Virus record (IMG/VR): IMGVR_UViG_3300033073_000736
Span: 1 to 64,000 of that record
DNA from: a virus
Lineage: Duplodnaviria; Caudoviricetes
Strand: one strand, 5' to 3'
DNA length: 64,000 nt
Made by a program: the position numbers and the translations under genes. Below the pieces are notes generated by a model. It searched no databases. It was not told the DNA's origin and saw only the letters and a program-made list of their open reading frames with translations. Below are positions 55,421-64,000 of the stretch, one piece after another. Position 1 is the stretch's first letter. Each line of letters opens with the position of its first letter.

Positions 55421-56455
55421 TTAGGTCGAGCTATACAGCCGTACGATAGCAGCCGGGCGCTTGGCAACAGCCAGCAGGTTCATTTCCGAGCGGATGATGA
55501 CAGAACCATCAATCGGGTCACGGTGAGTGAACAGGTAGCTTTCTTGACCGATGGTGTTCACATGCTGCATAGTACCAGCAGGCGAAGCGTACACACCGAA
55601 AGCATCCATCGTGCCACGCGGAACCAAACGTGCTTCGTTGGCAGTCATAAACGCAGTGCCACCGAAATCAGTACCGCGATATTCGATGAAACGCACACCA
55701 CCATACTCAAACACACGAGTACCCATCGGCAGCGAAGAGTCCAGACGCTGACGCAGCGGCTCTTGAGTAGACGAGTAGTATGTGTATGCAGCTTGCACCT
55801 TAGCGTGCTTGATCAGGTTACTGAAGAAGCCCGGAGAGCAGAATGCGTCAAAGCCGGTAGACACTTCACCGCCTGCTTGCAGGTTGTCGATGATGTGGGC
55901 AATACCTTCTTCCACTTTACCCATGATGTCGGTGGTGGCAGTGCCAAACACGAAATCAATTTCCTTACGGGTGACACCGAACTCGGTGTAGAAGTTGGTA
56001 GAGATAGTGCCATTCGGGGAGTAGACAGTACCATCAGCCAGCAGTTGAGCAAAAGCCTTTTCCTTCAGTTGCATGTGCGACATGCGGATACGCTCAATCT
56101 TACGAGCCAGAGCCAGAGCTTCTTGTTCCGGCTGGTCATTCGTGCCATAAGCAGAACGAGATTGAATGTCTTCCGGCTTCAGCACATCGTCCAGCGGGAA
56201 GTGAGGAACGTTGAAGGAATACAGCTTACGCACATAGTCCTTGGAAACGTTGTTACGCTCACCACGAATACGGTCAACCATAACAGCGCCGGACTTGGTG
56301 ATTTGTTCCATACTCACAACCGGGGTGGTGACACCTTCGGTAGCCGGGAAAATACCCGATTGAGTGATAATGCCCCACTGATTCGGAATCAGATTGATTT
56401 CAGGGGTGCGGTCAATGATCTGAAAAGCGTCGGTGTACGACCTTACAATGGCCAT
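55421..56455 (-). CDS. major capsid protein (lambda gpE-like)
   Basis: IN..PN..G......F...P.F...D....I...A.G...L.DG....G....FY..FG. Confidence 0.92.
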   Translation of the reverse strand: MAIVRSYTDAFQIIDRTPEINLIPNQWGIITQSGIFPATEGVTTPVVSMEQITKSGAVMVDRIRGERNNVSKDYVRKLYSFNVPHFPLDDVLKPEDIQSRSAYGTNDQPEQEALALARKIERIRMSHMQLKEKAFAQLLADGTVYSPNGTISTNFYTEFGVTRKEIDFVFGTATTDIMGKVEEGIAHIIDNLQAGGEVSTGFDAFCSPGFFSNLIKHAKVQAAYTYYSSTQEPLRQRLDSSLPMGTRVFEYGGVRFIEYRGTDFGGTAFMTANEARLVPRGTMDAFGVYASPAGTMQHVNTIGQESYLFTHRDPIDGSVIIRSEMNLLAVAKRPAAIVRLYSST

Positions 56456-56458
56456 TGT

Positions 56459-57148
56459 TCAATTCTCCTTTGTGTTTTTATCATAAAACTCTTGCCACTC
56501 TGGGCAAGTGTGTGGGTTCCAGCCGGTTTTTATCTTCTTGACAACGGCTGCATATGTCCAAGCAGCGACCTTAAAATGCAATGCGACTTTAACGTGTCCA
56601 CAACTATGTTCAGTCACATAGTCATAAACTTTTACTGCATCTAACCAAACCTCTTTGGAAGATGCTGAATTGTTCCACGCAGTTTGCTTCTTTCTTAGTC
56701 TCAACTTTTGTTTAGTTTGCTCAGAGTGTTTTCTACCTTTGTTGCTGCCTCCACATCTTTTCGAAAGGGTGGGGTCTAGGATGTAAGCCATCTTTATAGA
56801 CTCGCTCAATCTTTCTAATGTGGATTTACTGGTTTTAACATCTTGTCTGCCAAGATACCCTCCCTCGACCGTGTTATACCCTATTCCGGGAGATGGTCGG
56901 AGTTTGTTCTCCACCTCAAGACAGTACCACAGTGGCGCAACTAATATCTCAGTACATATCAAGTCTTGGTGCTTCCTAATAGCCTTAGCTATAATAGTTT
57001 TAGCACCTTTCCTAGCTGCACTTTTGTGAGATGTCATCCTTTTGTGCAAAGAGTTTGTTGTGACACCTATATAGCCTTCCGTAAACATATCGGTGTGGTT
57101 GGGTCTTCTTATCCAGTAGACGCTGCACCTTTTGTTTAGATCAACCAT
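56459..57148 (-). mobile_element. free-standing GIY-YIG homing endonuclease with NUMOD3 motif
   Basis: VYWI...GYIG.T...R...H...E...GYN; NKGRKHSEQTKQKL. Confidence 0.85.
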
Positions 57149-57165
57149 ATAGGTACACCTTGTTA

Positions 57166-57867
57166 TTAGATTTGAGCTTCAGCAATGATGCCGACAGCAG
57201 CCATTTGAGAGTACAGAGCAGCCTTCTCGGCAGCAGTGTTGATAGACGCACCAAGCGTCAAACCTTCCTTGGCAACCAGAGCCGGGCCACGTTCCAGAAT
57301 CAGAACAGTGGTGTCAGTGGTGGCGGCAACAGAGGTGTCAATACCCAAACCGTTAGAAGCACCGATGTAGATGCCAGCGAAAGCGGCAGAGCCATCCGAA
57401 GCAGTGTTTTCCAGAATCTTGTACTTTTCAGTACCAGTCACAGTGATAACGAAAGTATCACCAACGATAAAGTCGGTAGAACCGTCAGCAAGCGTGAAGG
57501 CCAGACCAGCGCCAACGAAAGCCGAAGCCACATTACCAGTGCCGACAACAGAGCCATTGGCATTCAGCATTTCAAAGGCACCAGCGTTGCTGGAAGCAAC
57601 AGTGATACGCAGAACGTATTGACCAATCTTGGCATGGGACGAGACAGTGATGCTACCCATCGTGCCGTTACCAGTGTTGGAAGCACCTGCCACAGCAGCA
57701 GCAGAGCCGCTAACCAGCGTCTTACCCAGAACAGTACCGGGGGTGTAGGTTTTAGCACCAGCTTCATAAGCGGTAACAGCCTTACGGCAGAAGCCCATTT
57801 CGCGTTCAAATTCGTACTTCAGGACATTGCCCAAGCGTGCGGTTCCAGTGGCAATCAAAGCAGCCAT
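57166..57867 (-). CDS. head decoration protein (gpD-like) with an inserted beta domain
   Basis: R..V......G.VLG...[insert ending DF.VGD.F.ITV]...A.GI...RGP..V. Confidence 0.8.
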   Translation of the reverse strand: MAALIATGTARLGNVLKYEFEREMGFCRKAVTAYEAGAKTYTPGTVLGKTLVSGSAAAVAGASNTGNGTMGSITVSSHAKIGQYVLRITVASSNAGAFEMLNANGSVVGTGNVASAFVGAGLAFTLADGSTDFIVGDTFVITVTGTEKYKILENTASDGSAAFAGIYIGASNGLGIDTSVAATTDTTVLILERGPALVAKEGLTLGASINTAAEKAALYSQMAAVGIIAEAQI

Positions 57868-57894
57868 GTAGTTTCTCCTTGTGTGTTATTGTAA

Positions 57895-59244
57895 TTACTG
57901 CTTCTTAGCAGCATACTTGGCCTTGATAATGGCCGCAGTTTTATCTTCATCAACCGGATCAGCATTGCTACCAGCGAATCCCTTTTCGGCAAAAGCCTTA
58001 TCTTCCAGTTCAACCTTTGCTTGCAGCGTAGACAGAACAGTGGCGAAAGCATTGTCATCCAGAGCAGCCAGCGACACGTGCAGGGCAGCAGCCTGTTCCT
58101 TGTCTGTTACAGCTTCCAGAGCAGCCAGACGCTTGTTAGAGGCGGCTTGAGCGGCTTCGGCTTGCATCTGCACCACCTTAGCCTGAGCGGCTTCAAAAGC
58201 GGCTTGCATTTCGTTAGCCTTGGCTTGTGCAGCCTCAAAGGCAGTGTTCATATCAGCCAGAGCAGCAGTAATTTCCACCACTTTAGCCTCGCTTGCTTCA
58301 AGGCTGGCCTGAACAGCTTGCACCGTTTCGTCAGCATTGAGTTGAACGTCTTGTACGTCAACAGTCATTTTCTTTTTATCTCCTTGTGGAATGAAAGAGA
58401 ATCGCATAGGTTTCTCCACTAAGTCAGCCAGATAATTGCCAAACTCCTCTCGTGTCATTGCCTTATCAGCAAAACCAATTTTGATAGCGTCTTGTGCCAT
58501 CAACACTTTAGCCTGAGTGGATTTAACAACCCCTACATCAATTCCTCTCATATCCGCAACATATTGTGTGAATTGCTGATAAAGGGAATCAACTTTATAT
58601 TGAATGTCGGCCAGAAACTCTTCACGCCAGTCGCCATTCTCATTGAACGGAATCTTACTATCACCAGCATAGATATAAGTGTCTTCAACACCTGCATTCT
58701 GCATGGCTTTATTAATGTTCCGCAGTTTTACAACAACACCAACACTACCCAACTCTCCGTCTGGGTTAGTGATAATTTCATGGGCAGCACAAGAAAGACC
58801 ATATGCAGCAGAAGCACTCAATCCATCTACATATGCAATCAGTTTAATACCTTTTGCATCCGCCTTCTTACGCAATGAGATACCTGTTTCCATCATCCCG
58901 TAAGCCTCTCCCCCCGGACTGTCAACATCCATAACAATTGTCTTTGCACCCATTGCACAAAGTTTGTCAAAGTCATCAACAATCTGTTGGTAAGAGCTAT
59001 TTTGTTCACCGCACATTGCTTCGTATTCGATATACGTCAGTGGGCCACTAACCGGAATAACACCAATCTGTGTTTCAGCAACATACTGAACAACACGCTC
59101 GGATGGCTTCTTCTCCAATTCAACAGCCAAAGCAACTTGATTATTACGGTCATCCAGATATGTAAACACTCGCTCAAGAGATGCTGGAAGCATCAAATGA
59201 GGGGTGTTGTACAACTTGTTTGTCAAGCGTATCAACTTCCCCAT
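57895..59244 (-). CDS. prohead protease (S49) fused to an Ala-rich scaffold
   Basis: DVDSPGG, SAAY, GSVGV; coiled-coil C-terminus. Confidence 0.9.
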   Translation of the reverse strand: MGKLIRLTNKLYNTPHLMLPASLERVFTYLDDRNNQVALAVELEKKPSERVVQYVAETQIGVIPVSGPLTYIEYEAMCGEQNSSYQQIVDDFDKLCAMGAKTIVMDVDSPGGEAYGMMETGISLRKKADAKGIKLIAYVDGLSASAAYGLSCAAHEIITNPDGELGSVGVVVKLRNINKAMQNAGVEDTYIYAGDSKIPFNENGDWREEFLADIQYKVDSLYQQFTQYVADMRGIDVGVVKSTQAKVLMAQDAIKIGFADKAMTREEFGNYLADLVEKPMRFSFIPQGDKKKMTVDVQDVQLNADETVQAVQASLEASEAKVVEITAALADMNTAFEAAQAKANEMQAAFEAAQAKVVQMQAEAAQAASNKRLAALEAVTDKEQAAALHVSLAALDDNAFATVLSTLQAKVELEDKAFAEKGFAGSNADPVDEDKTAAIIKAKYAAKKQ

Positions 59245-59269
59245 TCTTCTATTCTCCTTTATTTCATCT

Positions 59270-60751
59270 CTATCCGTTATTGTCTGGATTCATTGCACTG
59301 TTATCATCTTCAGCAACTTGTGTTGAAGTACCGTTTCCAGTTCCGGTATTCATACCGTCGCCACTTCTTGATGTAGGCTTGCCAAGCAGAACATTCAGTT
59401 CTTCTTGATTCATGCTTTCATCCACTTCATCCGGTAAGTCCAGAATCTCAGCAATGTGATTAACATTCTTAGCAGTGGGGGCAATTAGTCCAACAGCCTT
59501 GATACGCTGAATGGCCTTACTGTAGGCTTCAAGGTCAATCTCATCCAAATCCCCATAAACGAACTTAGGCATCTTTTCATCGCGCCATCCATTCATCTTG
59601 TAAATCCAAGGAATGAGGTCATTGTTGAGAACGTCTTGAATCTCTTTCAGTCGTGCTTCAATCCCCATTGCCAACATGTTTGTTTTGCTGTCGGAAAGGG
59701 CATAACTACCAGTGGCGTCTTGTCCAAGCTTGAGGACATCAGCAAAAAGAGCCGTAAGTATCTTGTTGTCCCAACGTTGGATAGCTTCGCTGATATACTG
59801 AGATGTAGTGTTGTTGACAGAAAGAAGTTCAAAATCGAACATCTTGTTCCTTCCTTCGTCATACATGAGCGGCATTACAATACCTGTTTGCTCATTCATT
59901 TGAAGGTTGCGAACCATATTCTTATAGAACGCATAAACTGCCTTGTCAGCCTCACTGGCATCGTCTGCCATATACTTCGGATGCAGCCAGACAATCGGAA
60001 CACCGTTAATGTTCTTACTGTAGCCAACTGCTTCAATCTCTTCCAATTCCTTACGGAAGCGGTAAGCAATGTAGCAATTACTCAGTGGCGATGTCCCTTC
60101 CGGGTTGTCCTTGGTGGCGTCAGCCCTGAACAACATAAACCTGTCACGGGGGATGAAGATTGGACTCCCGCTATCAATATAGCGAACATACCCGTCAGTG
60201 TTAGTTACTGTCTGTTCCAAACCAATCAAATCTCGTCCATCCTCACTAAACACCCATTTGGTAATAGTGTCTTGTGCGCGAGGAGCCAGTTTACGCAGAC
60301 CAACAAATCCATCATTGTATTTGCTGCCATTGGCATATCTGCGCCTACGCGGAACTTTCTCAATAACAGAATGACCGAATGTCAGATATGTCAAGCACTC
60401 TTTGATGAACTGGAACCAACTCCCTTCCATGTCGTGCATGACTGATTCAATGTATTCAGCCCTGAGCTTTTGTTGGTCAGTGGCATCATCACATTCTTCA
60501 ACATCCCACTCAACACGGCTAATCATCAACTCATAAGCTTTTAGAGCGGCAGAGATGGTGGTGTCTTTACGCATTTCTTTGTAAGTGCGGATATTGTCGG
60601 GCCAACGCAATTCTCTACGTGCCTCTTCATAGACAATCCCGCTACTCACTTTCAAGCCGCTATACCCAATCTCAGTCATTTTCATGCGAGGGATGGGGGA
60701 GCCATCAGAAGTTAGCTGACTGAAATCTTCTTCATTTTCCATTTCAGCCAT
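59270..60751 (-). CDS. portal protein
   Basis: G.SGLKV..G...E...LRW...Y..M..D...NPEG.SPL...I...D..I...LG. Confidence 0.9.
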   Translation of the reverse strand: MAEMENEEDFSQLTSDGSPIPRMKMTEIGYSGLKVSSGIVYEEARRELRWPDNIRTYKEMRKDTTISAALKAYELMISRVEWDVEECDDATDQQKLRAEYIESVMHDMEGSWFQFIKECLTYLTFGHSVIEKVPRRRRYANGSKYNDGFVGLRKLAPRAQDTITKWVFSEDGRDLIGLEQTVTNTDGYVRYIDSGSPIFIPRDRFMLFRADATKDNPEGTSPLSNCYIAYRFRKELEEIEAVGYSKNINGVPIVWLHPKYMADDASEADKAVYAFYKNMVRNLQMNEQTGIVMPLMYDEGRNKMFDFELLSVNNTTSQYISEAIQRWDNKILTALFADVLKLGQDATGSYALSDSKTNMLAMGIEARLKEIQDVLNNDLIPWIYKMNGWRDEKMPKFVYGDLDEIDLEAYSKAIQRIKAVGLIAPTAKNVNHIAEILDLPDEVDESMNQEELNVLLGKPTSRSGDGMNTGTGNGTSTQVAEDDNSAMNPDNNG

Positions 60752-60791
60752 CGGCTGTTCTCCTGTTAAATGTTAATGTGTTCATAAGCCG

Positions 60792-62138
60792 CTACGCGAA
60801 ATTGAAGCGGCTTACACCGGACATATCGGGAGGGGTGAATGTTGGGATGGAAATGCCAGATGCAAGAGCAGAGAACCCATCCCCGCATGTATCGACGATA
60901 TCATCGTGAACTCTCCTGCTTCCGTCAAAACTTTCTAGTTCCTGTATAAACTCATCATTCCATTCCCCGACAACGAGTTTTACGTTTCCGCTTTCACAAG
61001 CCGCGCAGAACGGAGCAAACCGTTGTACTTTGGATTTTGACGTATGTTTTGACTTGGCGTAGAATCCATGCTCTGCTAGATCGCGTACAAGAGTGGAAGC
61101 ATATTGTTTACCAGCACTTCCTGGATCCTGCGGGACAACGATTAGTACGTCATCCCCATCCTTTTTAGCGGTTTCCACCATCCTTTGAAACACTTCACCA
61201 TGCCTAGCCCGAAACCGCACTACGTCTTCCACATAGTACGTTCCGTACTTATCCTTGGAAATCAACGTTCCTACAGTGTAGTCAGGATTAGGCATCAAGT
61301 CAGAAGGAAGGGAACCACTAATGTCCCATGCTCTTACTTTCTTAACCACATTTAGTGGGGGTATAGGTACTATTTCACACCACTCTTTTTTCCAATACCC
61401 TGTGGATTCAAGTTCAGCATCCCAGCATCCATGCAAATATTTGGCTTGTTCAACCTTCCCCATCGCCAGCAAATTACCAATATACTCTGGTTGTGCTTCC
61501 ATCAAAGACGGGTTGTCGTAAACGTTGGCAGAAATAAACACTACAGATGTGGGAATACACTCACTAGGATTGGAATACGACTTACTGTGTTCAGCAATCA
61601 ATTCCTCTGCTGTGTCCGCCCAATACATCTTACCAGCGAGTGGCAGATAATATCTTTTTACACCGTCTCTGTCTTTACGAGGAAATCCTTCATCATCTAG
61701 CCAATAATCAATCCACTTTCTGAGGAAAGATTTCTTTTCAGGGTTGCAAGTAAGCATCATTCTTGGTCTTACTTGAGGACACTTAGGATTACGGTTACGA
61801 CCGCGAAGGTATGTTACCTGAGTTTCAGTGTACTGTTGTGCTTCGTCTACAAGAATCAAGTTAGCTTGCAAACCCTGGAAGTTATCCTTGTCTTTTTCGT
61901 ATTCAAAATGTTGCAGGGCAATTAGCGCCCCGCTGGAAAACTTGAACATCTTGGTTTGAGAGTTGTACCTTACTTTCGGATCAACCTTCTTGAACAAGTC
62001 CATTGCTGTGTCTAGTACACCGCCAACACCTGTAAGTTGTGGGGTGGTTCTTCGGGTAATCACTCCGCGAAAGGTCGGGATATGGACGTACTGAAGGAAC
62101 TTCATAATTCCTAAGTATGTCTTGCCCGCGCCCATTGC
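60792..62138 (-). CDS. terL: terminase large subunit, exon 2
   Basis: AMGAGKT Walker A remainder, VDEAQQ Walker B, TCNP, RAWD, HDDIVD nuclease motif. Confidence 0.93.
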   Translation of the reverse strand, partial: AMGAGKTYLGIMKFLQYVHIPTFRGVITRRTTPQLTGVGGVLDTAMDLFKKVDPKVRYNSQTKMFKFSSGALIALQHFEYEKDKDNFQGLQANLILVDEAQQYTETQVTYLRGRNRNPKCPQVRPRMMLTCNPEKKSFLRKWIDYWLDDEGFPRKDRDGVKRYYLPLAGKMYWADTAEELIAEHSKSYSNPSECIPTSVVFISANVYDNPSLMEAQPEYIGNLLAMGKVEQAKYLHGCWDAELESTGYWKKEWCEIVPIPPLNVVKKVRAWDISGSLPSDLMPNPDYTVGTLISKDKYGTYYVEDVVRFRARHGEVFQRMVETAKKDGDDVLIVVPQDPGSAGKQYASTLVRDLAEHGFYAKSKHTSKSKVQRFAPFCAACESGNVKLVVGEWNDEFIQELESFDGSRRVHDDIVDTCGDGFSALASGISIPTFTPPDMSGVSRFNFA

Positions 62139-62853
62139 CATATCTGTTTTAGGGGCGCTACACCCTTTCCACCGTTTCCGGTGTTGTCGGACTATATCTT
62201 CATACCGTCAGGTATGCCCCCCATTTCGATGTCGCTTGACACCTACTGGCCTACACTCATCGGCCATAGTCTCTGCACGTTTTTGACTTGAACCCAATTA
62301 AACTACTCTATTCCTCTCTTATTAAGCACTCTTGCTTGTTCATGTAAGCTGTCACGTATACAATCCCTTTCATGCTTATTAAGAATATCTTCTTTCATAG
62401 GGTATGAAAGACAAACTTTCATAATTGGTAACTTTATCTTAGAAAATTTGAATATGTTATTAATCAAATCCTTAGTGTCTTTAGCCCCAAGATTAAAAGA
62501 CCACGCTGGTTTTCTATTTCCAGTTTGTGTCTTTTTACTTATGCTTCCAACTCCAAGCAAATCTTTAATATAAATTAAGACTTCTTCATTTGTACTGGCT
62601 ACCTCACTTGTCATTGAGTAACCAACATACCGATAATCATTAACTGTGTGCCATCTTTTATTGACTTCAAAAGAACCTTCTCCGTCATAAAATCCTGCTA
62701 GATAAGCCTTATCGGTTTCTGATAATTTATTCATATTGAATCCTCTTTTGATTAAGGATTCAAGTCAAACTTCGCTCAGGATTACCCTCGCCTTTACGTT
62801 AGGGTTTCCCTGAATTAGAGGGGTTTCGTTTTACTAAACGGAGGCGCTTATTC
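62139..62853 (-). mobile_element. group I intron in terL
   Basis: Exon 1 ends GGU and intron ends G; core AATTCAGGGAA...GTAATCCTGAGC, P7 GAGACT / AAGATATAGTC; splicing gives IFGG|AMGAGKT. Confidence 0.92.
62303..62734 (-). CDS. intron-encoded single-motif LAGLIDADG endonuclease (I-CreI-like)
   Basis: YLAGFYDGEGSF motif; 143 aa. Confidence 0.9.
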   Translation of the reverse strand: MNKLSETDKAYLAGFYDGEGSFEVNKRWHTVNDYRYVGYSMTSEVASTNEEVLIYIKDLLGVGSISKKTQTGNRKPAWSFNLGAKDTKDLINNIFKFSKIKLPIMKVCLSYPMKEDILNKHERDCIRDSLHEQARVLNKRGIE

Positions 62854-62946
62854 ACCACCAAAAATTGTTATGTCTGCATCCGAAGAGATGAACATTTCTT
62901 GCTTCAAACTCTTCGGGCCGATTATCTCTTTCTTTTTAGCTGTCAT
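62854..62946 (-). CDS. terL: terminase large subunit, exon 1 (31 codons, MTAKKKEIIGPKSLKQEMFISSDADITIFGG)
   Basis: Read by hand; GP...Q..F..S.ADI.IFGG precedes Walker A in terminases. Confidence 0.88.
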
Positions 62947-63724
62947 CTTCAGATTGCTCTTGTTTAATGTCGTCATAGGTCTTGAAGTTATAGTCAAAAG
63001 AGATGTCCTTATAGAACTTCCTATTACGAATATTCCCTACCAACTTCCTATCTACATTCAGTTCACGGGCTATTTGCAAAATACCTTTACCGCTTTGCAG
63101 TTCTTCGCAAATCTGAATAATCTTTTCCACAGATGTATTTGTCTTCTTTTTTAATATAGAAAAATCATACATTGTTGAAATGTACTTCCATTGTTCTTTC
63201 TGATTGTCCTTCAGGTGTTGAATGAATCTACGGTCTATACCTGTCATTCTGGACACATCGCAAACACGGTATCCGTCTTGCATCATTTGACAAACTTTGT
63301 GGACATCGTCTTCCGTGACATCTCGGTAACCTGTGTTCTTAGTCCAGTCATGGATCACTTCTGATGCTAATGGTACAAGATTCTTATCTGTCAGAAAAGT
63401 AGGCTTTCGCAACCCGTTCACATTCGCATGTATTGTGTTTTCTTGTGGGGTTGCCCATTCCAAATTACTAATTGCATTATTAGTTTTACAACCATCTATA
63501 TGATTGACCTGCACTTTGTTTTCAGGGTTTGGAATGAATGCCGTCGCGATTAGGCGGTGTACCCTTGTATTCATCCACACAACGCCACTATCATCTGTAG
63601 GGCAGATGCAATGATACCCATCTAATAGCCATCCACGAAGGAATCTATTACTTTTCAAACTGAAAACCTTACCACACTCTGTAACGCAGTAGGAACTCAA
63701 ACCAATATGACCCATGTTTCGCAT
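62936..63724 (-). mobile_element. free-standing HNH homing endonuclease (NUMOD4-type) with two C-terminal HTH repeats
   Basis: VHRLIA.AFIPNP.N...VNHIDG.K.NN...NLEW.T..EN; overlaps the terL start. Confidence 0.85.
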
Positions 63725-63882
63725 TTTGTTTCTCCGTACTTTATTCAGGAAGTTAAAATATAAGAAGCGGAAGAGTGTGTGCAGAATCACACCTTTTCGG
63801 GGGCCATCCTATCCGCTAATTTATTTACACAATTAATTAATTGTGTTTAGATTGTGGCATGTATTCATGCTTCCATAAATAC

Positions 63883-63910
63883 AGAATAACACCACTTCTC
63901 TATTTGTCAA
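63883..63910 (-). promoter_or_regulatory. sigma70-type promoter TTGACA-N16-TATTCT (extended TG) upstream of the packaging/structural arm
   Basis: Motif match in the non-coding window end. Confidence 0.5.
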
Positions 63911-64000
63911 TACCTTAATACGACTACTTGTATTATTCGTCCCCGACAATTTTCAAACTGAAAACAGCGCCACCAGATTCTCCCCCGTCATCATCAGGAA

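Noticed and set aside
55523-56644. 373-aa plus-strand ORF opposite the capsid gene
   Set aside because: Antisense shadow of a highly biased gene; no motifs or SD.
62870-63154. 94-aa plus-strand ORF over terL exon 1 and the HNH gene
   Set aside because: Antisense to two well-supported genes; no SD.

Overview
This window is about 64 kb of a lytic, contractile-tailed dsDNA phage genome (myovirus; the structural module resembles Felix O1/rV5/PAK_P1-type phages). The host is probably proteobacterial, inferred from sigma70 promoters, a GH19 endolysin and a DUF2793 protein. There are three blocks. (1) 1-5.0 kb: small minus-strand early genes, many with their own sigma70-type promoter and an AAC-rich leader, then a repeat-rich non-coding region (5.2-6.2 kb). 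(2) 6.2-35.8 kb: a plus-strand replication and nucleotide-metabolism arm with a C5 cytosine methyltransferase, T7 gp4-like primase-helicase, family B DNA polymerase, gp2.5-like SSB, exonucleases, MazG-like pyrophosphatase, ThyX, class Ia NrdA/NrdB and many small ORFs. (3) 35.9-63.9 kb: a minus-strand late arm with terminase, portal, S49 protease, decoration, capsid, neck, sheath, three tube-like proteins, chaperones, tape measure, baseplate, several receptor-binding proteins and lysis genes. Six selfish endonuclease elements are present: a LAGLIDADG intein in the primase TOPRIM motif, group I introns with LAGLIDADG ORFs in nrdA and terL, a GIY-YIG gene splitting the polymerase with no intron core, a GIY-YIG before the capsid gene and an HNH overlapping the terL start. 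The most unusual items are the intron-less split PolB, a methyltransferase encoded in two fully overlapping frames, a plasmid-like iteron array next to a Rep-like winged-helix gene, and three CsrA/RsmA-consensus hairpins downstream of pol, ssb and nrdB. No tRNA, rRNA or CRISPR array was seen. All family assignments come from recognising motifs by eye; no database search was run.
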